64,000 nucleotides of DNA, taken from an uncultured Planctomycetaceae bacterium (lineage in GTDB: Bacteria; Planctomycetota; Planctomycetia; Isosphaerales; Isosphaeraceae). Numbering within the stretch: position 1 is the stretch's first letter; each line of letters opens with the position of its first letter. Under the pieces are notes generated by a model. It saw nothing but the letters and a program-made list of their open reading frames with translations. It was not told where the DNA came from and did not search any database. The stretch lies in assembly GCA_963833985.1 (NCBI GenBank), contig CAWIAD010000001.1, forward strand, positions 480,001-544,000, in the 5' to 3' direction. Shown one piece after another: positions 21,126-31,423 of this stretch. The position numbers and the translations under genes were made by a program.

Positions 21126-21175
21126 CGGTGATCCTGTGGTTCCCACGGATTCTCGCTTCTCCTGGTGTCGCGGGT

Positions 21176-21273
21176 TGAGACCGGGGGGCAGGCATTCCTG
21201 CCTGCTGGAGTAGGCAAGCCCTGGCAGACAGGAATGTCTGCCCCCCTTCCAAGTATCAGAAACTGCCTGCAAC
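21176..21273. repeat. Palindromic REP-like doublet (family B)
   Basis: GGGGGGCAGGCATTCCTGCCTGC ... GCAGACAGGAATGTCTGCCCCCC; recurs with shared flanks at 41831-41955. Confidence 0.8.
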
Positions 21274-21361
21274 GCGTCAGAAAACCGCCCTCAGCGCCGC
21301 TCAGGCATGATCGCTGCGCGATGTTTCGTTCTCGAGCGCAATAATATGTTTCCACCGCGGC

Positions 21362-24346
21362 TCAATCGTGTGCCGCTCCCTGCGGAGGCTGGCCGGCAAT
21401 CCTGGCCAGTTCGCCCATCACCTCCGAGAAGACAACGGGCGGGACCTCTCCGAATGCGAGCAACCGGGGATCCGTCGGATCGCCGGGCATATCATAAACG
21501 TAGCCGCCGACCCGCACAGTTCCCGCGCGGACGAAGAGCACGTCGGCGAGCGTGATGGTCTCATCGCTGCCGATGCCCATGAACAAACCGTCGACTCCCA
21601 CGAACGCTTCGACTCCCGCGCCCGCGAACACCTTGCGATAGGACTCCACGCAGCCCCCGTCATTGACCGATCCGCGTGTCCAGCCCAGCTTCTCGGCGCG
21701 GCTGCGAAAGGTCAGGGCATTCAACGTGGCGCCATGGAATTCGCGTGACGATTTCTGCCCACTCTCGTCGTCCTTCACCGCGATGACGGGCCGATCGAGC
21801 TGCGGGAACGGCGCGATGATCTCGTAATCGGAGAGATGCGTTTGCCAGGCGGAGCGGGTGGCCTCATCCAGCTCCAGGGGGTGGACGATGCCGACGGATC
21901 CGGCCTCGTCGAGCAGGTACGTCTCGTCGCGCTGGGTCGTCAGGCTGCGGTCCTCCAGAGCGCGGAATGTTGCCATCAGCGTTTGTCCGCCGTCGTACGC
22001 ACCCCAGATGAGGCTGGTGGCGAACGGGAAGAGCAGCGGATGCGCGAGGAAGAGCGCTCCCCAGCGCTGCACCGGCCAGCGATGCTGACGCACCATCAGG
22101 TTTTCGATCCGCGCCTTCTGGCCCTTGCTTACCTCCTTCAGGATCGCGGCCTCGTTCTTGAGCTGGTCGAGCACTTCCCTGGGAGCGGACTTCGGAAGCG
22201 AAGCGGCTGGCTTGTTCTTGTCGAGATCGCGATACACCAGCTTTCCTTCGGCACCGATGGAGACCTGGAAGCGCCGGGCTCCGGCCTCGACGATGCGCGG
22301 CTGACCGGGCTGGAAGCCGAGCCACGGTACAACCAGATCGCCCAGCTCATCGACGCTGATGCCCCGGCGCCCGGCTGCGCCGGCGAACGCCTCCACGGCA
22401 GCGGCCCCGATGTTCTTGTTCTTCACGCGATAGCGGAGCGAGAGCGCATCCACCAGGGTCAGCGCGGCGTCCGTGCCGATGAGGGCCAAGGCCTGCACGC
22501 CGTACTCGGCCATCTTGCCCCGAGCGGAGTCGCCCCACTGCTGGATCAGCGCGTTCAGGCCTGGCACGATGCGGTCGTCGCCCAGCAGTCCGGCCACCGC
22601 CAGCGCCCAGCGATCGGCGGCATCGGCCTTCGTGGCGGCAAACTGCTGGAAAATCTCCAGCGCGAAATCGGCCCCGCTGGCCCGATCGATCATGGAGTAG
22701 AGCGGGCGCGCCTCCACGTCGGGCACGATCTCCCTGCCACGCGACTGACGATAGAGAAGGTAACGCGTGGTGTCCGCACCGAGCGGCTCGCCGCCTGTGT
22801 CGCGCAGGGTGGGCAGTCGAGACTCGTCGAGCCAGCCGGCGACCGGAGACCCAAGCTTTTTCGCCGTGCGCCGCACGCGCTGGTCCATGTCCTCCCGGGT
22901 GATCTCGCGGCCGCTCGAGGCCCGCGCCGCGTCCAGAGCCAGCAGCATGGCGTCACGGAGGTCCTCGTCGGTCTCCTCATCAAGCCGGTCCTCCAGCGCC
23001 TGGAGAGCCGGCACGGACCCAACCGTGGCGAGAAGCGTCACGGCCCAGCCTCGGCGTTCCTTCTTGCGGTCCTTGAGCAGGGGCAGTGCCCGCGGCACCA
23101 AACTTGCTCCGGCTCGCCCCAGGGCGCGCGCCGAGGCGTCGCGCACCAGCTTGGTCGGGTGATCGGAAAAGCTCCAGAGCGGCTCGATGAATTCGTCGAC
23201 CCGCCAGGCCGCCGCCAGCCTGAGGAATTCCGCAAGCGGTTGCCACTCCTTCGACTCCCGGGTCTCGGCGATCCCCTTCTGGAGCCTGGCTCTGATCAGA
23301 TCGTCGTGTGTCCCGTCGTCGAGTGCGACCAGGTGAGTCAGCGCCTGTTTCCAGTAATGCAGGCTCTCGTTGTTGATGAGAATCAGGGGCAGCGCGATCG
23401 CCCGGCGGCCCATGGCCTTCACGGCGGCGTTCATCACGCGGTTCTGCTGCCAGGGACCGTCCATGTCGCGTTCGAGGTAACCGCGGGCGTCATCGGCGGC
23501 GTCCGCACCGTACGTGGAGATCATCCACAGCAGCAGATCATCGGCGTGAAATCCATGCCAGAGACCGCTGGCGAGATCCGCCCGGCAGAGGGCCAGTGCC
23601 TCGGCACGGTAGCGGGCCGGATCACGGCCCACCAGCAGCTTGCAGTGTTCGAAGCGCACCCAGGGATCCGCGCACCGCCTCCAGCCTTCAAGAAGCCGGT
23701 CCTCGAATCGGCCTCCGCCCCGTTCCAGCAGAATGGTGCTGGTTCCCAGCCGAAGTCGCTGCGAGCCTGCCAGGATTGGTCCAACGACGTCGAGCCGCTC
23801 CGGAGCCGCGGTGAACAGGAACTCGAGCAGGCTCTCATAGGGACGATCGCCCGCTCCCCGTTCCCGGTTCCGCTCGCCTCCAAGGCTGACGGCCGCGGCC
23901 AGCCTGGCATCGTCAAGGCCAAGCACGAACCGTCCGGCGGAATTCGCCTGACCCGCCTTGTGGAAACTCGTGAAGTACCTTGCGGTCAACGTGGCGATCG
24001 CCTCGTCGCCGACTCCCCCTGCCGTCAAGATCTGCCGCAGCGCGCCGTGCAGGTCTTGCCCGGGCTTTTCCCTGGGAAGCTCCTGGCAAGCCCACGCGGC
24101 GATCTCGGAAAACGCGCCGGCACGAGCCAGCAGGTGCACCGCGCGGCGGTCCTCATCATCGCAGCGCGAGAGCGGGTCGAGCACCTCCCGCAGCGCAGAG
24201 TGCCAGTAATCGTACCGGCCAAGCGGCATCAACTGCGCCAGGGCCGCCGGGTCTCCGGCCTCGATATAGGGCATCCCGACAAACAGCGGACGCATCGAGG
24301 TCACGTTCAGCAGTCGTTTCTTGAGGCGGTCCCGGATCTTCCCCAC
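21362..24346 (-). CDS. DUF4132-domain protein with HEAT-like repeats (YehI/MolR-like)
   Basis: C-terminal ELGDLVVPWLGF, RIENLMV, LFLAHPL, LIWG, IVHPLEL and PFPQLDRP motifs; helical repeats upstream; next to the yeh-like operon. Confidence 0.8.
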   Translation of the reverse strand: MGKIRDRLKKRLLNVTSMRPLFVGMPYIEAGDPAALAQLMPLGRYDYWHSALREVLDPLSRCDDEDRRAVHLLARAGAFSEIAAWACQELPREKPGQDLHGALRQILTAGGVGDEAIATLTARYFTSFHKAGQANSAGRFVLGLDDARLAAAVSLGGERNRERGAGDRPYESLLEFLFTAAPERLDVVGPILAGSQRLRLGTSTILLERGGGRFEDRLLEGWRRCADPWVRFEHCKLLVGRDPARYRAEALALCRADLASGLWHGFHADDLLLWMISTYGADAADDARGYLERDMDGPWQQNRVMNAAVKAMGRRAIALPLILINNESLHYWKQALTHLVALDDGTHDDLIRARLQKGIAETRESKEWQPLAEFLRLAAAWRVDEFIEPLWSFSDHPTKLVRDASARALGRAGASLVPRALPLLKDRKKERRGWAVTLLATVGSVPALQALEDRLDEETDEDLRDAMLLALDAARASSGREITREDMDQRVRRTAKKLGSPVAGWLDESRLPTLRDTGGEPLGADTTRYLLYRQSRGREIVPDVEARPLYSMIDRASGADFALEIFQQFAATKADAADRWALAVAGLLGDDRIVPGLNALIQQWGDSARGKMAEYGVQALALIGTDAALTLVDALSLRYRVKNKNIGAAAVEAFAGAAGRRGISVDELGDLVVPWLGFQPGQPRIVEAGARRFQVSIGAEGKLVYRDLDKNKPAASLPKSAPREVLDQLKNEAAILKEVSKGQKARIENLMVRQHRWPVQRWGALFLAHPLLFPFATSLIWGAYDGGQTLMATFRALEDRSLTTQRDETYLLDEAGSVGIVHPLELDEATRSAWQTHLSDYEIIAPFPQLDRPVIAVKDDESGQKSSREFHGATLNALTFRSRAEKLGWTRGSVNDGGCVESYRKVFAGAGVEAFVGVDGLFMGIGSDETITLADVLFVRAGTVRVGGYVYDMPGDPTDPRLLAFGEVPPVVFSEVMGELARIAGQPPQGAAHD

Positions 24347-24812
24347 GGGTTCTACCCTTGTCGTTCAAGAAGATGGTGTGTCGTGCGTCCAGGCCGGCGA
24401 TTCTGTTCGAGCTCGGCACCGTCGGTGTGCCAGGCCTGGGTAGCATGACGTCCGAAGGGGCGATCGGCACATCCACTTTCGAGAATAGCTTCCGCCGGGC
24501 CGTCCGGCGCCGAATATCGCGCCCTGGGGGGGCGACGCATCATGCGTCTCGCGTTTGTTTTCTTCGACGCCCGAGTATGACCGGACGAGGCGAAGCGTCG
24601 CACACGGCATTCCGGCGCAGGGCGTCGGAACGAGTTGTGCACACTGGCACCCGGCGCGGCGCGAAGAGCCTGGTTGCGGCGGGGTCGCGGCGCGGGGTAC
24701 GTTGGCGATGGAGAATCGTTCGTCGACGCGAGCCGATGATCTTCCTGCCAACGCCGAGGCGGCCGTTGTCACTCACCGGGGCCGCGGGATGGATGGGCAA
24801 GGACCTCGATCG

Positions 24813-24986
24813 ATGTTGACTCAACCAGCCACTGACCAGGCGGCCAGAACTCGGACCATCGACGAGCTGAAAGCCAGGCTCAAGCGATTCGCGCCGGAAT
24901 CGGTCGCCGAGATCGAGGGCGCCAACGAGGTCAACAACAAGTTCCCGCCCCAGGAGCTGAAGCAGAGGCCCGGCACCGCCCATTGA
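24813..24986 (+). CDS. Hypothetical small protein (57 aa)
   Basis: GC3-rich codon pattern and an AAGGA upstream; no family recognised. Confidence 0.35.
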   Translation: MLTQPATDQAARTRTIDELKARLKRFAPESVAEIEGANEVNNKFPPQELKQRPGTAH

Positions 24987-25011
24987 CAACGCCCGGGCAA
25001 GCTTCTCTAAT
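24983..25011 (+). promoter_or_regulatory. Sigma70-type promoter
   Basis: TTGACA-N17-TCTAAT upstream of the small ORF and the cytochrome operon. Confidence 0.65.
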
Positions 25012-25066
25012 AAAAACCAGCACTTTCGCCTTGGTCGTTGCCTTCGGGTCCGGGAGCCGTTCGGGC

Positions 25067-25498
25067 GTGGCGGAGACGGGACATCAGTTCAAGAGCCGGA
25101 TTGTACTACTGGCCCTGACGGGGACGATGTGCCTGTCCCTGGGCATCGCGCCGCGGCCTGCGCGGGCGGCGGGGTGTCATGTGCCCGAACGCCCGGTGCT
25201 GGCGCACACGCTCTCCTGGGAAAGGTTGCTGCACGCCGGGTTGACGGCGGCCCATCGTTCCGCCGGGGTCGCACCGCCGGCCATCATCCCGCTTCCCTGC
25301 CAGGGCGAGGTGCCCACCCTGCCTTCCACCACCAGCCAGTTGCTCGTGGCCGACCGTGCGGCCTGCCGCATGACGCCGCCCCCGGCACTGAGCGAGCCGG
25401 TGTTTCCCGAGCCACCGGCGACGGCACTCCCCTCCCTCTCTTCCCGCCTTGATCGACCTCCGCGCTCTTCGCCGGCGGCCCCTCGCAACCGGGCCTGA
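25067..25498 (+). CDS. Small exported Pro-rich protein / candidate leader peptide ending in RLDRPPR
   Basis: GGGAG then GTG start; signal-like N-terminus ending ARA; GCH and PC motifs; near-terminal RLDRPPR. Confidence 0.6.
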   Translation: MAETGHQFKSRIVLLALTGTMCLSLGIAPRPARAAGCHVPERPVLAHTLSWERLLHAGLTAAHRSAGVAPPAIIPLPCQGEVPTLPSTTSQLLVADRAACRMTPPPALSEPVFPEPPATALPSLSSRLDRPPRSSPAAPRNRA

Positions 25499-25710
25499 CT
25501 TGGCCCGGATCAGCGCATGGTGACGGTTCTGCGTTCGCCGGCAGACCCCGATCCGGCCTGCCCGCACGTTTCTGCTGCCGAGCCATGCGCCGGGCACTGC
25601 TCGCCCACCCGCCGACCCTGCTGCGTCGACTCAACGCCAAACCGCCTGTCTGATCGCCTTCCTGGTGAACGCGCGCCTGGGGTGTCTCGTGGAGCCCCCC
25701 GCGGAGGAGC

Positions 25711-28700
25711 TTGCCTGTGTCCACACCGGTTCTGACCCCGCGCAACCGCGCCGGGCGGGTTTACAAGCCCGCCATCGGCGCTCGCTTGCGGCCCTTGCTC
25801 TGGGTCATCCTGATCGGCTTTGCCCTGCTTGCCGCCAACGGGTTTTATCTCTCCAGCGTCACCGCGGTGACATGGTACCTGGGGACGACCCAGCAAACGT
25901 TCTTTTACATGCTGATGGTTGCCTTGCACCTGTTCCTCGGTCTCGTCCTCGTCATACCCTTCCTGATCTTTGGCTTCGCGCACCTGGCAACCTCATGGAA
26001 GCGGCCCAACAGGTCGGCCATTCGCTACGGCCTGGTCCTGCTGGCGGCCGGGCTGGTCACCGTGGTCTCGGGCTTCATCCTGGTCCGCATCGGCGGGTTC
26101 GAGGTCCGTGACCCGCGGGTGCGCAACATCGGCTACTGGTTCCACGTGGCCGCCCCGCTGGCGGCCGTGGCACTGTACGTCAAGCACCGGCTGGCCGGCC
26201 CGCGCATTCGCTGGCAGTGGGCGCGCAGGCTGGCCATACCCGTGCTGGGCTTCGTGGCGGTGATGGGGCTCTTGCACTCGCAAGATCCGCGCACGCTGGG
26301 CGTGAAGGGGCCGCGGGAAGGAAAGCAGTATTTCTTCCCGTCCGAGGCGGTCACCGCCAGCGGCAAGTTCATTCCGGCCCGTACGCTGATGATGGACGAG
26401 TACTGCATGGAGTGCCACAAGGATGCGTACGACGGCTGGTTCCACTCCGCCCACCATCGCAGCTCGTTCAACAACAAGGCGTACCTGGCCAGCGTGCGCG
26501 AGACGCGCAAGGTGTCGCTCCAGCGCGACGGCTCAACCCAGGCCTCGCGCTGGTGCGCGGGCTGCCACGACCCCGTACCGTTTTTCTCCGGCGAGTTCGA
26601 TGACCCGAACTTCGACGACGTGCACAACCCCACCGGACAGGCCGGCATCACCTGCACGGTCTGCCACGTGATCACCGCGGTGAACAACACCCGCGGCAAC
26701 GGCGCCTACACCATCGAGGAGCCGCAGCATTATCCTTTCGCCTTCAGCGACAACGCCATTCTCAAGTGGGTGAACCGCACGCTGGTGAAGGCCAAGCCGG
26801 AGATGCACAAGAAGAGCTTCATGAAGCCGATCATCCGCAGTGCCGAGTTTTGCTCGGTGTGCCACAAGGTCGGTCTGCCGTATCCCGTGACGAATTACAA
26901 GGACTTCGCGCGCGGCCAGGACCATTACAACAACTACCTGCTTTCGGGCGTGTCCGGCCACGGAGCACGCAGCTTCTACTATCCGCCGGTGGCGAAATCA
27001 AACTGTAACGAGTGCCACATGAACCTGCTGGCCTCCAGCGACTTCGGCGCCAGGGACTTCGACGGCCAGGGCGTCCGGCAGATCCACAACCATTTGTTCC
27101 CGGGTGCCAATACGGCCTTGCCCGCCCTCGCGGGAGACGAGGCCACGGCCCAGGCGCAGGCACGGTTCCTGAAGGACAAGCAGGTGCGGGTGGACCTCTT
27201 CGCTCTTCGCGAGGGGGGTGGCGTCGACGGCAAGCTGCTGGGCCCGCTACGCCCCGAGGTGCCACTGTTGCGTCCCGGTCAGAAATACCTGGTCGAGGTG
27301 GTGGTTCGCACGCTCGGCGTGGGCCATCTGTTCACCCAGGGAACGGTTGACTCGAACGAGGTCTGGGTCGAACTGGTCGCCCGCCAGGGTGAGAAAACCG
27401 TGGGCCGGTGCGGGGGCATCGATGGTGCGGGCACGGTCGATCCCTACTCCCATTTCATCAACGTGTACATGCTCGACCGCGACGGCAAGCGCATCGACCG
27501 CCGCAACGCCCAGGACATCTTCGTGCCGCTGTACAACAAGCAGATCCCGCCCGGAGCGGGGCAGGTGGTGCACTTCGCGCTGGAAGCTCCCCCGGGGCAG
27601 ACCGCCCCGATCCGTCTGGAGGCGAAGATCAACTACCGCAAGTTTGACCGCAAGTACATGGACTACATCTTCGGCAAGGGGCAGGGACCGGACATCCCCG
27701 TCACGGTGATGGCCTCGGACCGTCTCGAGCTACCCGTTGCGGCCGGCCCCGCCGTCTCCATCGAGCCTTCGCCCATCAAGGACGAATGGCAGCGCTGGAA
27801 CGACTACGGGATTGGCCTGCTGCTGGAAGGGGCGGCCAAGGGGGGCCAGAAGGGCGAGCTGAAGCAGGCCGAGGAGGTGTTCCACAAGGTGGCCGGGCTG
27901 GGCCGCTCCGATGGCTGGGTGAACCTGGCGCGCGTCTACCAGCGGGAAGGGCGCATTCCCGAGGCGCTCGAGGCCCTGGAGAAGGCGGCAGCCCACAAGG
28001 AGCCGGCCGCACCCTGGGTGATCAACTGGCTCACCGGCCAGATCAACGCGTCGAACAACCAGCTCGAGGAGGCGGTCTCCAGCTTCGAAGCGGTCCTGAA
28101 GACCCGTGTTCCGGAGCGGAAGTTCGATTTCGGTCTCGATTTTCAGGTCATCGACGAGCTGGCGTCGGTCTACTACACGCTGGCGCGGCCGCTGCCGATC
28201 AAGAGCCCGGAGCGCAAGGATTGGCTGAAGAAGGCGATCGCCGCGTACCAGCGCACGTTGACTCTGGATTCAGAAGACGTCGAGGCGCACTACGGGCTGG
28301 GCCTCGCCTTTGGCGACCCGGCCTGGGGCGACAGGAAGCTGGAACTCCCCCCGGACCCGGCCGAGACCACCGCCACCGTGGATCCGGTCGCGCTGACAGG
28401 GCTGGCAGCCGAGGTCGCCGGCCGGAAGGGCGATCCAGCCCGGCGCAGGGAGCAGGCGCTGGAGCTGGCGCGGCGGGTCGTGCGCTTCATGAAGGGTCCC
28501 CGGCCACGCTTCCAGTCGCGGCTCGAGCCGCTCCACGACCTGGCCGCAGCGCTCGGCCCGATCTGGGGGCAAGAGAGCGACGGCGCAATGCAGGCAGCGA
28601 TCGGCCGGGTGCTCGAAGTGACCCACAAGGCGCTTCATGAGCGGCTCAAGCCGGACGAGACGGCCGAGGGCCGCGTCTTTGCGATCGCCCGCAAGAACGA

Positions 28701-28875
28701 CCCGGCGGCCAACATGAACGCCCAGTCAGTCGTGATCCACTCGCTGCATCGCCCAGGCGCGCCGGGGATCGATGCCGGGCCGGTCACGCACGCGGCGGGT
28801 CCACCCGCGGCAACACCATCCCCGGCATCCTCGACCACACCGCATTCGCTTCACGCTCAGGAGAATGGAGAATGA
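25711..28875 (+). CDS. Membrane-anchored multiheme c-type cytochrome with TPR-like C-terminus
   Basis: About five N-terminal TM segments; five CxxCH motifs (CMECH, CAGCH, CTVCH, CSVCH, CNECH); TPR-like helices after WNDYGIG. Confidence 0.87.
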   Translation: MPVSTPVLTPRNRAGRVYKPAIGARLRPLLWVILIGFALLAANGFYLSSVTAVTWYLGTTQQTFFYMLMVALHLFLGLVLVIPFLIFGFAHLATSWKRPNRSAIRYGLVLLAAGLVTVVSGFILVRIGGFEVRDPRVRNIGYWFHVAAPLAAVALYVKHRLAGPRIRWQWARRLAIPVLGFVAVMGLLHSQDPRTLGVKGPREGKQYFFPSEAVTASGKFIPARTLMMDEYCMECHKDAYDGWFHSAHHRSSFNNKAYLASVRETRKVSLQRDGSTQASRWCAGCHDPVPFFSGEFDDPNFDDVHNPTGQAGITCTVCHVITAVNNTRGNGAYTIEEPQHYPFAFSDNAILKWVNRTLVKAKPEMHKKSFMKPIIRSAEFCSVCHKVGLPYPVTNYKDFARGQDHYNNYLLSGVSGHGARSFYYPPVAKSNCNECHMNLLASSDFGARDFDGQGVRQIHNHLFPGANTALPALAGDEATAQAQARFLKDKQVRVDLFALREGGGVDGKLLGPLRPEVPLLRPGQKYLVEVVVRTLGVGHLFTQGTVDSNEVWVELVARQGEKTVGRCGGIDGAGTVDPYSHFINVYMLDRDGKRIDRRNAQDIFVPLYNKQIPPGAGQVVHFALEAPPGQTAPIRLEAKINYRKFDRKYMDYIFGKGQGPDIPVTVMASDRLELPVAAGPAVSIEPSPIKDEWQRWNDYGIGLLLEGAAKGGQKGELKQAEEVFHKVAGLGRSDGWVNLARVYQREGRIPEALEALEKAAAHKEPAAPWVINWLTGQINASNNQLEEAVSSFEAVLKTRVPERKFDFGLDFQVIDELASVYYTLARPLPIKSPERKDWLKKAIAAYQRTLTLDSEDVEAHYGLGLAFGDPAWGDRKLELPPDPAETTATVDPVALTGLAAEVAGRKGDPARRREQALELARRVVRFMKGPRPRFQSRLEPLHDLAAALGPIWGQESDGAMQAAIGRVLEVTHKALHERLKPDETAEGRVFAIARKNDPAANMNAQSVVIHSLHRPGAPGIDAGPVTHAAGPPAATPSPASSTTPHSLHAQENGE

Positions 28876-30671
28876 CCGAAGTTCTGCCGATGCGCCTTGC
28901 CAGGCTCCTGAGCCTGATGGGGCTGGCTCTCGTCCCCCTGGTGGCCGGCGGCTGCGGTACCCCCGCGGAGAAGGCCGTCATTGCGGTGCCCATCGCCCCC
29001 GTGCGGCCCCCCGAGGTCAGGGTGGAAACGTTACCCGCGGTCAAGTTCGTGGACGTCACCACGCCGTCCGGCATCCATTTCGTGCATGCCAACGGTGCCT
29101 TCGGCGACAAGCTCCTGCCCGAGACCATGGGCGCAGGAGTCGCATTCCTGGATTATGACAACGACGGCGACCAGGACCTGCTCTTCGTCAATTCCTGTCC
29201 CTGGCCCGGGCACGAGAACAAGGCGGCGGTTGCCCCCACGCAGGCCCTGTACCGCAACGACGGCAAGGGCAACTTCGCGGACGTCAGCAAGGAGGCCGGC
29301 CTGGACAAGACGCTCTACGGCCAGGGCGTCGCGGTGGGCGACTACGACAACGACGGCGACGTGGACGTGTACATCACGGGGGTTGGCGGCGGCCATCTCT
29401 TCCGAAACGATGGGAAGGGGCATTTCGAGGACGTGACCGCGGCCGCGAACGCCAGAGGGCCCAACGGCTGGCTCACGGGTGCGGCCTTCCTAGATATCGA
29501 CAACGACGGCGACCTGGACCTGTTCGTCTGCAACTACGTCACCTGGACCCCGGACATCGACAAGGTCCAGGGATTCCAGATCAGCGGCCTGGGGCGTGCG
29601 TACGGTCCGCCGACCTCGTTCCCGGGTTCGCTGTGCACCCTGCTGCGCAACGACGCCGGCCACTTCACCGACATCAGCGAGGAGGCGGGAGTGCAGGTGC
29701 GCACGCCCGATCTCAAGGCGCCGCTGGCCAAGTCACTCGGGGTCGCGCCTTTTGATGTGGACGGCGACGGCCTGGTGGACATTGCGGTGGCCAACGACAC
29801 CGTGCAGAACTTCCTGTTCCACAACCTGGGCAAGGGCAAGTTCGAGGAGCTGGCGATGATGTCCGGCGTGGCCTTCGACAAGTCGGGCTCGCCCCGTGGC
29901 GGCATGGGCTGCGACTGGGCCTGCTTCGGCAACGACGAGCGGCTCGGCCTGGCGATCGGCAACTTCGCCAACGAGATGACCGCGCTGTACGTCAGCGATC
30001 AGCCGGCGAGCCTCCAGTTCTCGGACCTGGCGAACCTGTACGGCCTGGGAGCTCCCACCCAGCCGCCGCTCAAGTTCGGGCTCTTCTTCTTCGATTACGA
30101 CCTGGACGGGCGGCTCGACCTGCTGTCGGCCAACGGGCACCTCGAGCCCGAGATCTCCAAGGTGCAGGCGAGCGAGGCCTACGAGCAGCCGGCGCAGCTC
30201 TTCTGGAACTCGGGCAAGACCGGGCGGAACCTGTACGTGAAGGTGGGGCCCGAGGCAGCGGGGCCCGACCTCTTCCGCCCCATCGTCGGCCGGGGGACGG
30301 CCTATGCCGACATTGACGGTGACGGCGACCTGGACGTCGCCATCGTGGTCAACAACGGCCCGGCACGGCTCTTCCGCAACGACGGCGGCAATGCCAACCA
30401 CTGGATCCGCCTGGCGCTCAAAGGGAATGGCAAAACCTCCAACCGCGACGCCATCGGCGCCAGGGTGGAGCTGAAGATGGGCGAGGTGGTCTGCCGCCGC
30501 CAGCTCTTCCCGGCCAAGAGCTACCTCTCGTCCATGGAGCTGCCGCTCACCTTCGGGCTGGGCAAGGAGCAGAAGGCCGACGAGGTGAAGATTACCTGGC
30601 CGTCCGGCAAGAACACGACGCTCCGGGACCTGAAGGCCGACCAGGTGCACAAGATCGAGGAGACACCCTGA
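28872..30671 (+). CDS. CRTAC1/ASPIC-UnbV family FG-GAP repeat lipoprotein
   Basis: Repeated DYDNDGDxD motifs; NRDAIGARV and SYLS...LTFGLG; lipobox-like AGGC; ATGA overlap with the upstream gene. Confidence 0.9.
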   Translation: MTEVLPMRLARLLSLMGLALVPLVAGGCGTPAEKAVIAVPIAPVRPPEVRVETLPAVKFVDVTTPSGIHFVHANGAFGDKLLPETMGAGVAFLDYDNDGDQDLLFVNSCPWPGHENKAAVAPTQALYRNDGKGNFADVSKEAGLDKTLYGQGVAVGDYDNDGDVDVYITGVGGGHLFRNDGKGHFEDVTAAANARGPNGWLTGAAFLDIDNDGDLDLFVCNYVTWTPDIDKVQGFQISGLGRAYGPPTSFPGSLCTLLRNDAGHFTDISEEAGVQVRTPDLKAPLAKSLGVAPFDVDGDGLVDIAVANDTVQNFLFHNLGKGKFEELAMMSGVAFDKSGSPRGGMGCDWACFGNDERLGLAIGNFANEMTALYVSDQPASLQFSDLANLYGLGAPTQPPLKFGLFFFDYDLDGRLDLLSANGHLEPEISKVQASEAYEQPAQLFWNSGKTGRNLYVKVGPEAAGPDLFRPIVGRGTAYADIDGDGDLDVAIVVNNGPARLFRNDGGNANHWIRLALKGNGKTSNRDAIGARVELKMGEVVCRRQLFPAKSYLSSMELPLTFGLGKEQKADEVKITWPSGKNTTLRDLKADQVHKIEETP

Positions 30672-30688
30672 GCTGAAAGAGGGCACGG

Positions 30689-31423
30689 CTACATCGTGCC
30701 GGGGCCGGCGACAAGGTCGCGTATCGGCCTGGGGGTCACGGACCAGGAGTCCATGTATGTGCCTTCCAGCGGCAAATTGACGTACCACCCTGGCTCGAGG
30801 AACAGGGGAGCGTCCGGCAGGCGATCGCCGACGGCCAGCGGTTCGACGTCGGCCGTCAGCGCCTCGCCTGCGTCGAAGGCGGCGACGGTCAGAGGTCGAT
30901 CCGCGGGACGCGTTGCCAGTGGTTCGCCGACCAGCTCGTCCCAGATGGACTGGGCGATGCCCAGCGGGTCACGCGGACCGGGCGGGAAGAGGTCCACCGC
31001 AAGAAAGTGGATTCCATTGCGGATGAATTCGACGGCCTTCGTCACGAAGGAGACGACGGCGTGCCGGCTGTCCTTGTTGCCGGGAGAGAGGATCTCGATC
31101 ATCGCCACCACGCGGCCCAGCTCGTGGCGGATCGCGATGCGATTGGCCTTGCATGCGTATCTCCAGGACTCGGTCTCCACCCGCGCGGCCTGGTGAATTC
31201 CGGGCGGCACGGTCGCGACGGCAAGGCCGCCGGTCGGCTCCGGCCCACGAATGCGTAGCGTCACCACATCGGGCTCCGGCCCGCTCACGCGCTCGGCGGC
31301 CATGGCGTAATAGCCGTCGGGGAGGATGCCGCCGTTCAGCCGGTTGCGGATCTCGATCGTCCATCCCTGGCGAAAGTCGTGAAAGGTCCCGGCGGAAACG
31401 CGTGTCCAGTCGTGGATCGGCAT
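30689..31423 (-). CDS. DUF4058-like PD-(D/E)xK protein
   Basis: MPIHDWTRV...FHDF, EPDV, IEILSPGNK and VDLFPPGPRDP motifs. Confidence 0.75.
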   Translation of the reverse strand: MPIHDWTRVSAGTFHDFRQGWTIEIRNRLNGGILPDGYYAMAAERVSGPEPDVVTLRIRGPEPTGGLAVATVPPGIHQAARVETESWRYACKANRIAIRHELGRVVAMIEILSPGNKDSRHAVVSFVTKAVEFIRNGIHFLAVDLFPPGPRDPLGIAQSIWDELVGEPLATRPADRPLTVAAFDAGEALTADVEPLAVGDRLPDAPLFLEPGWYVNLPLEGTYMDSWSVTPRPIRDLVAGPGTM

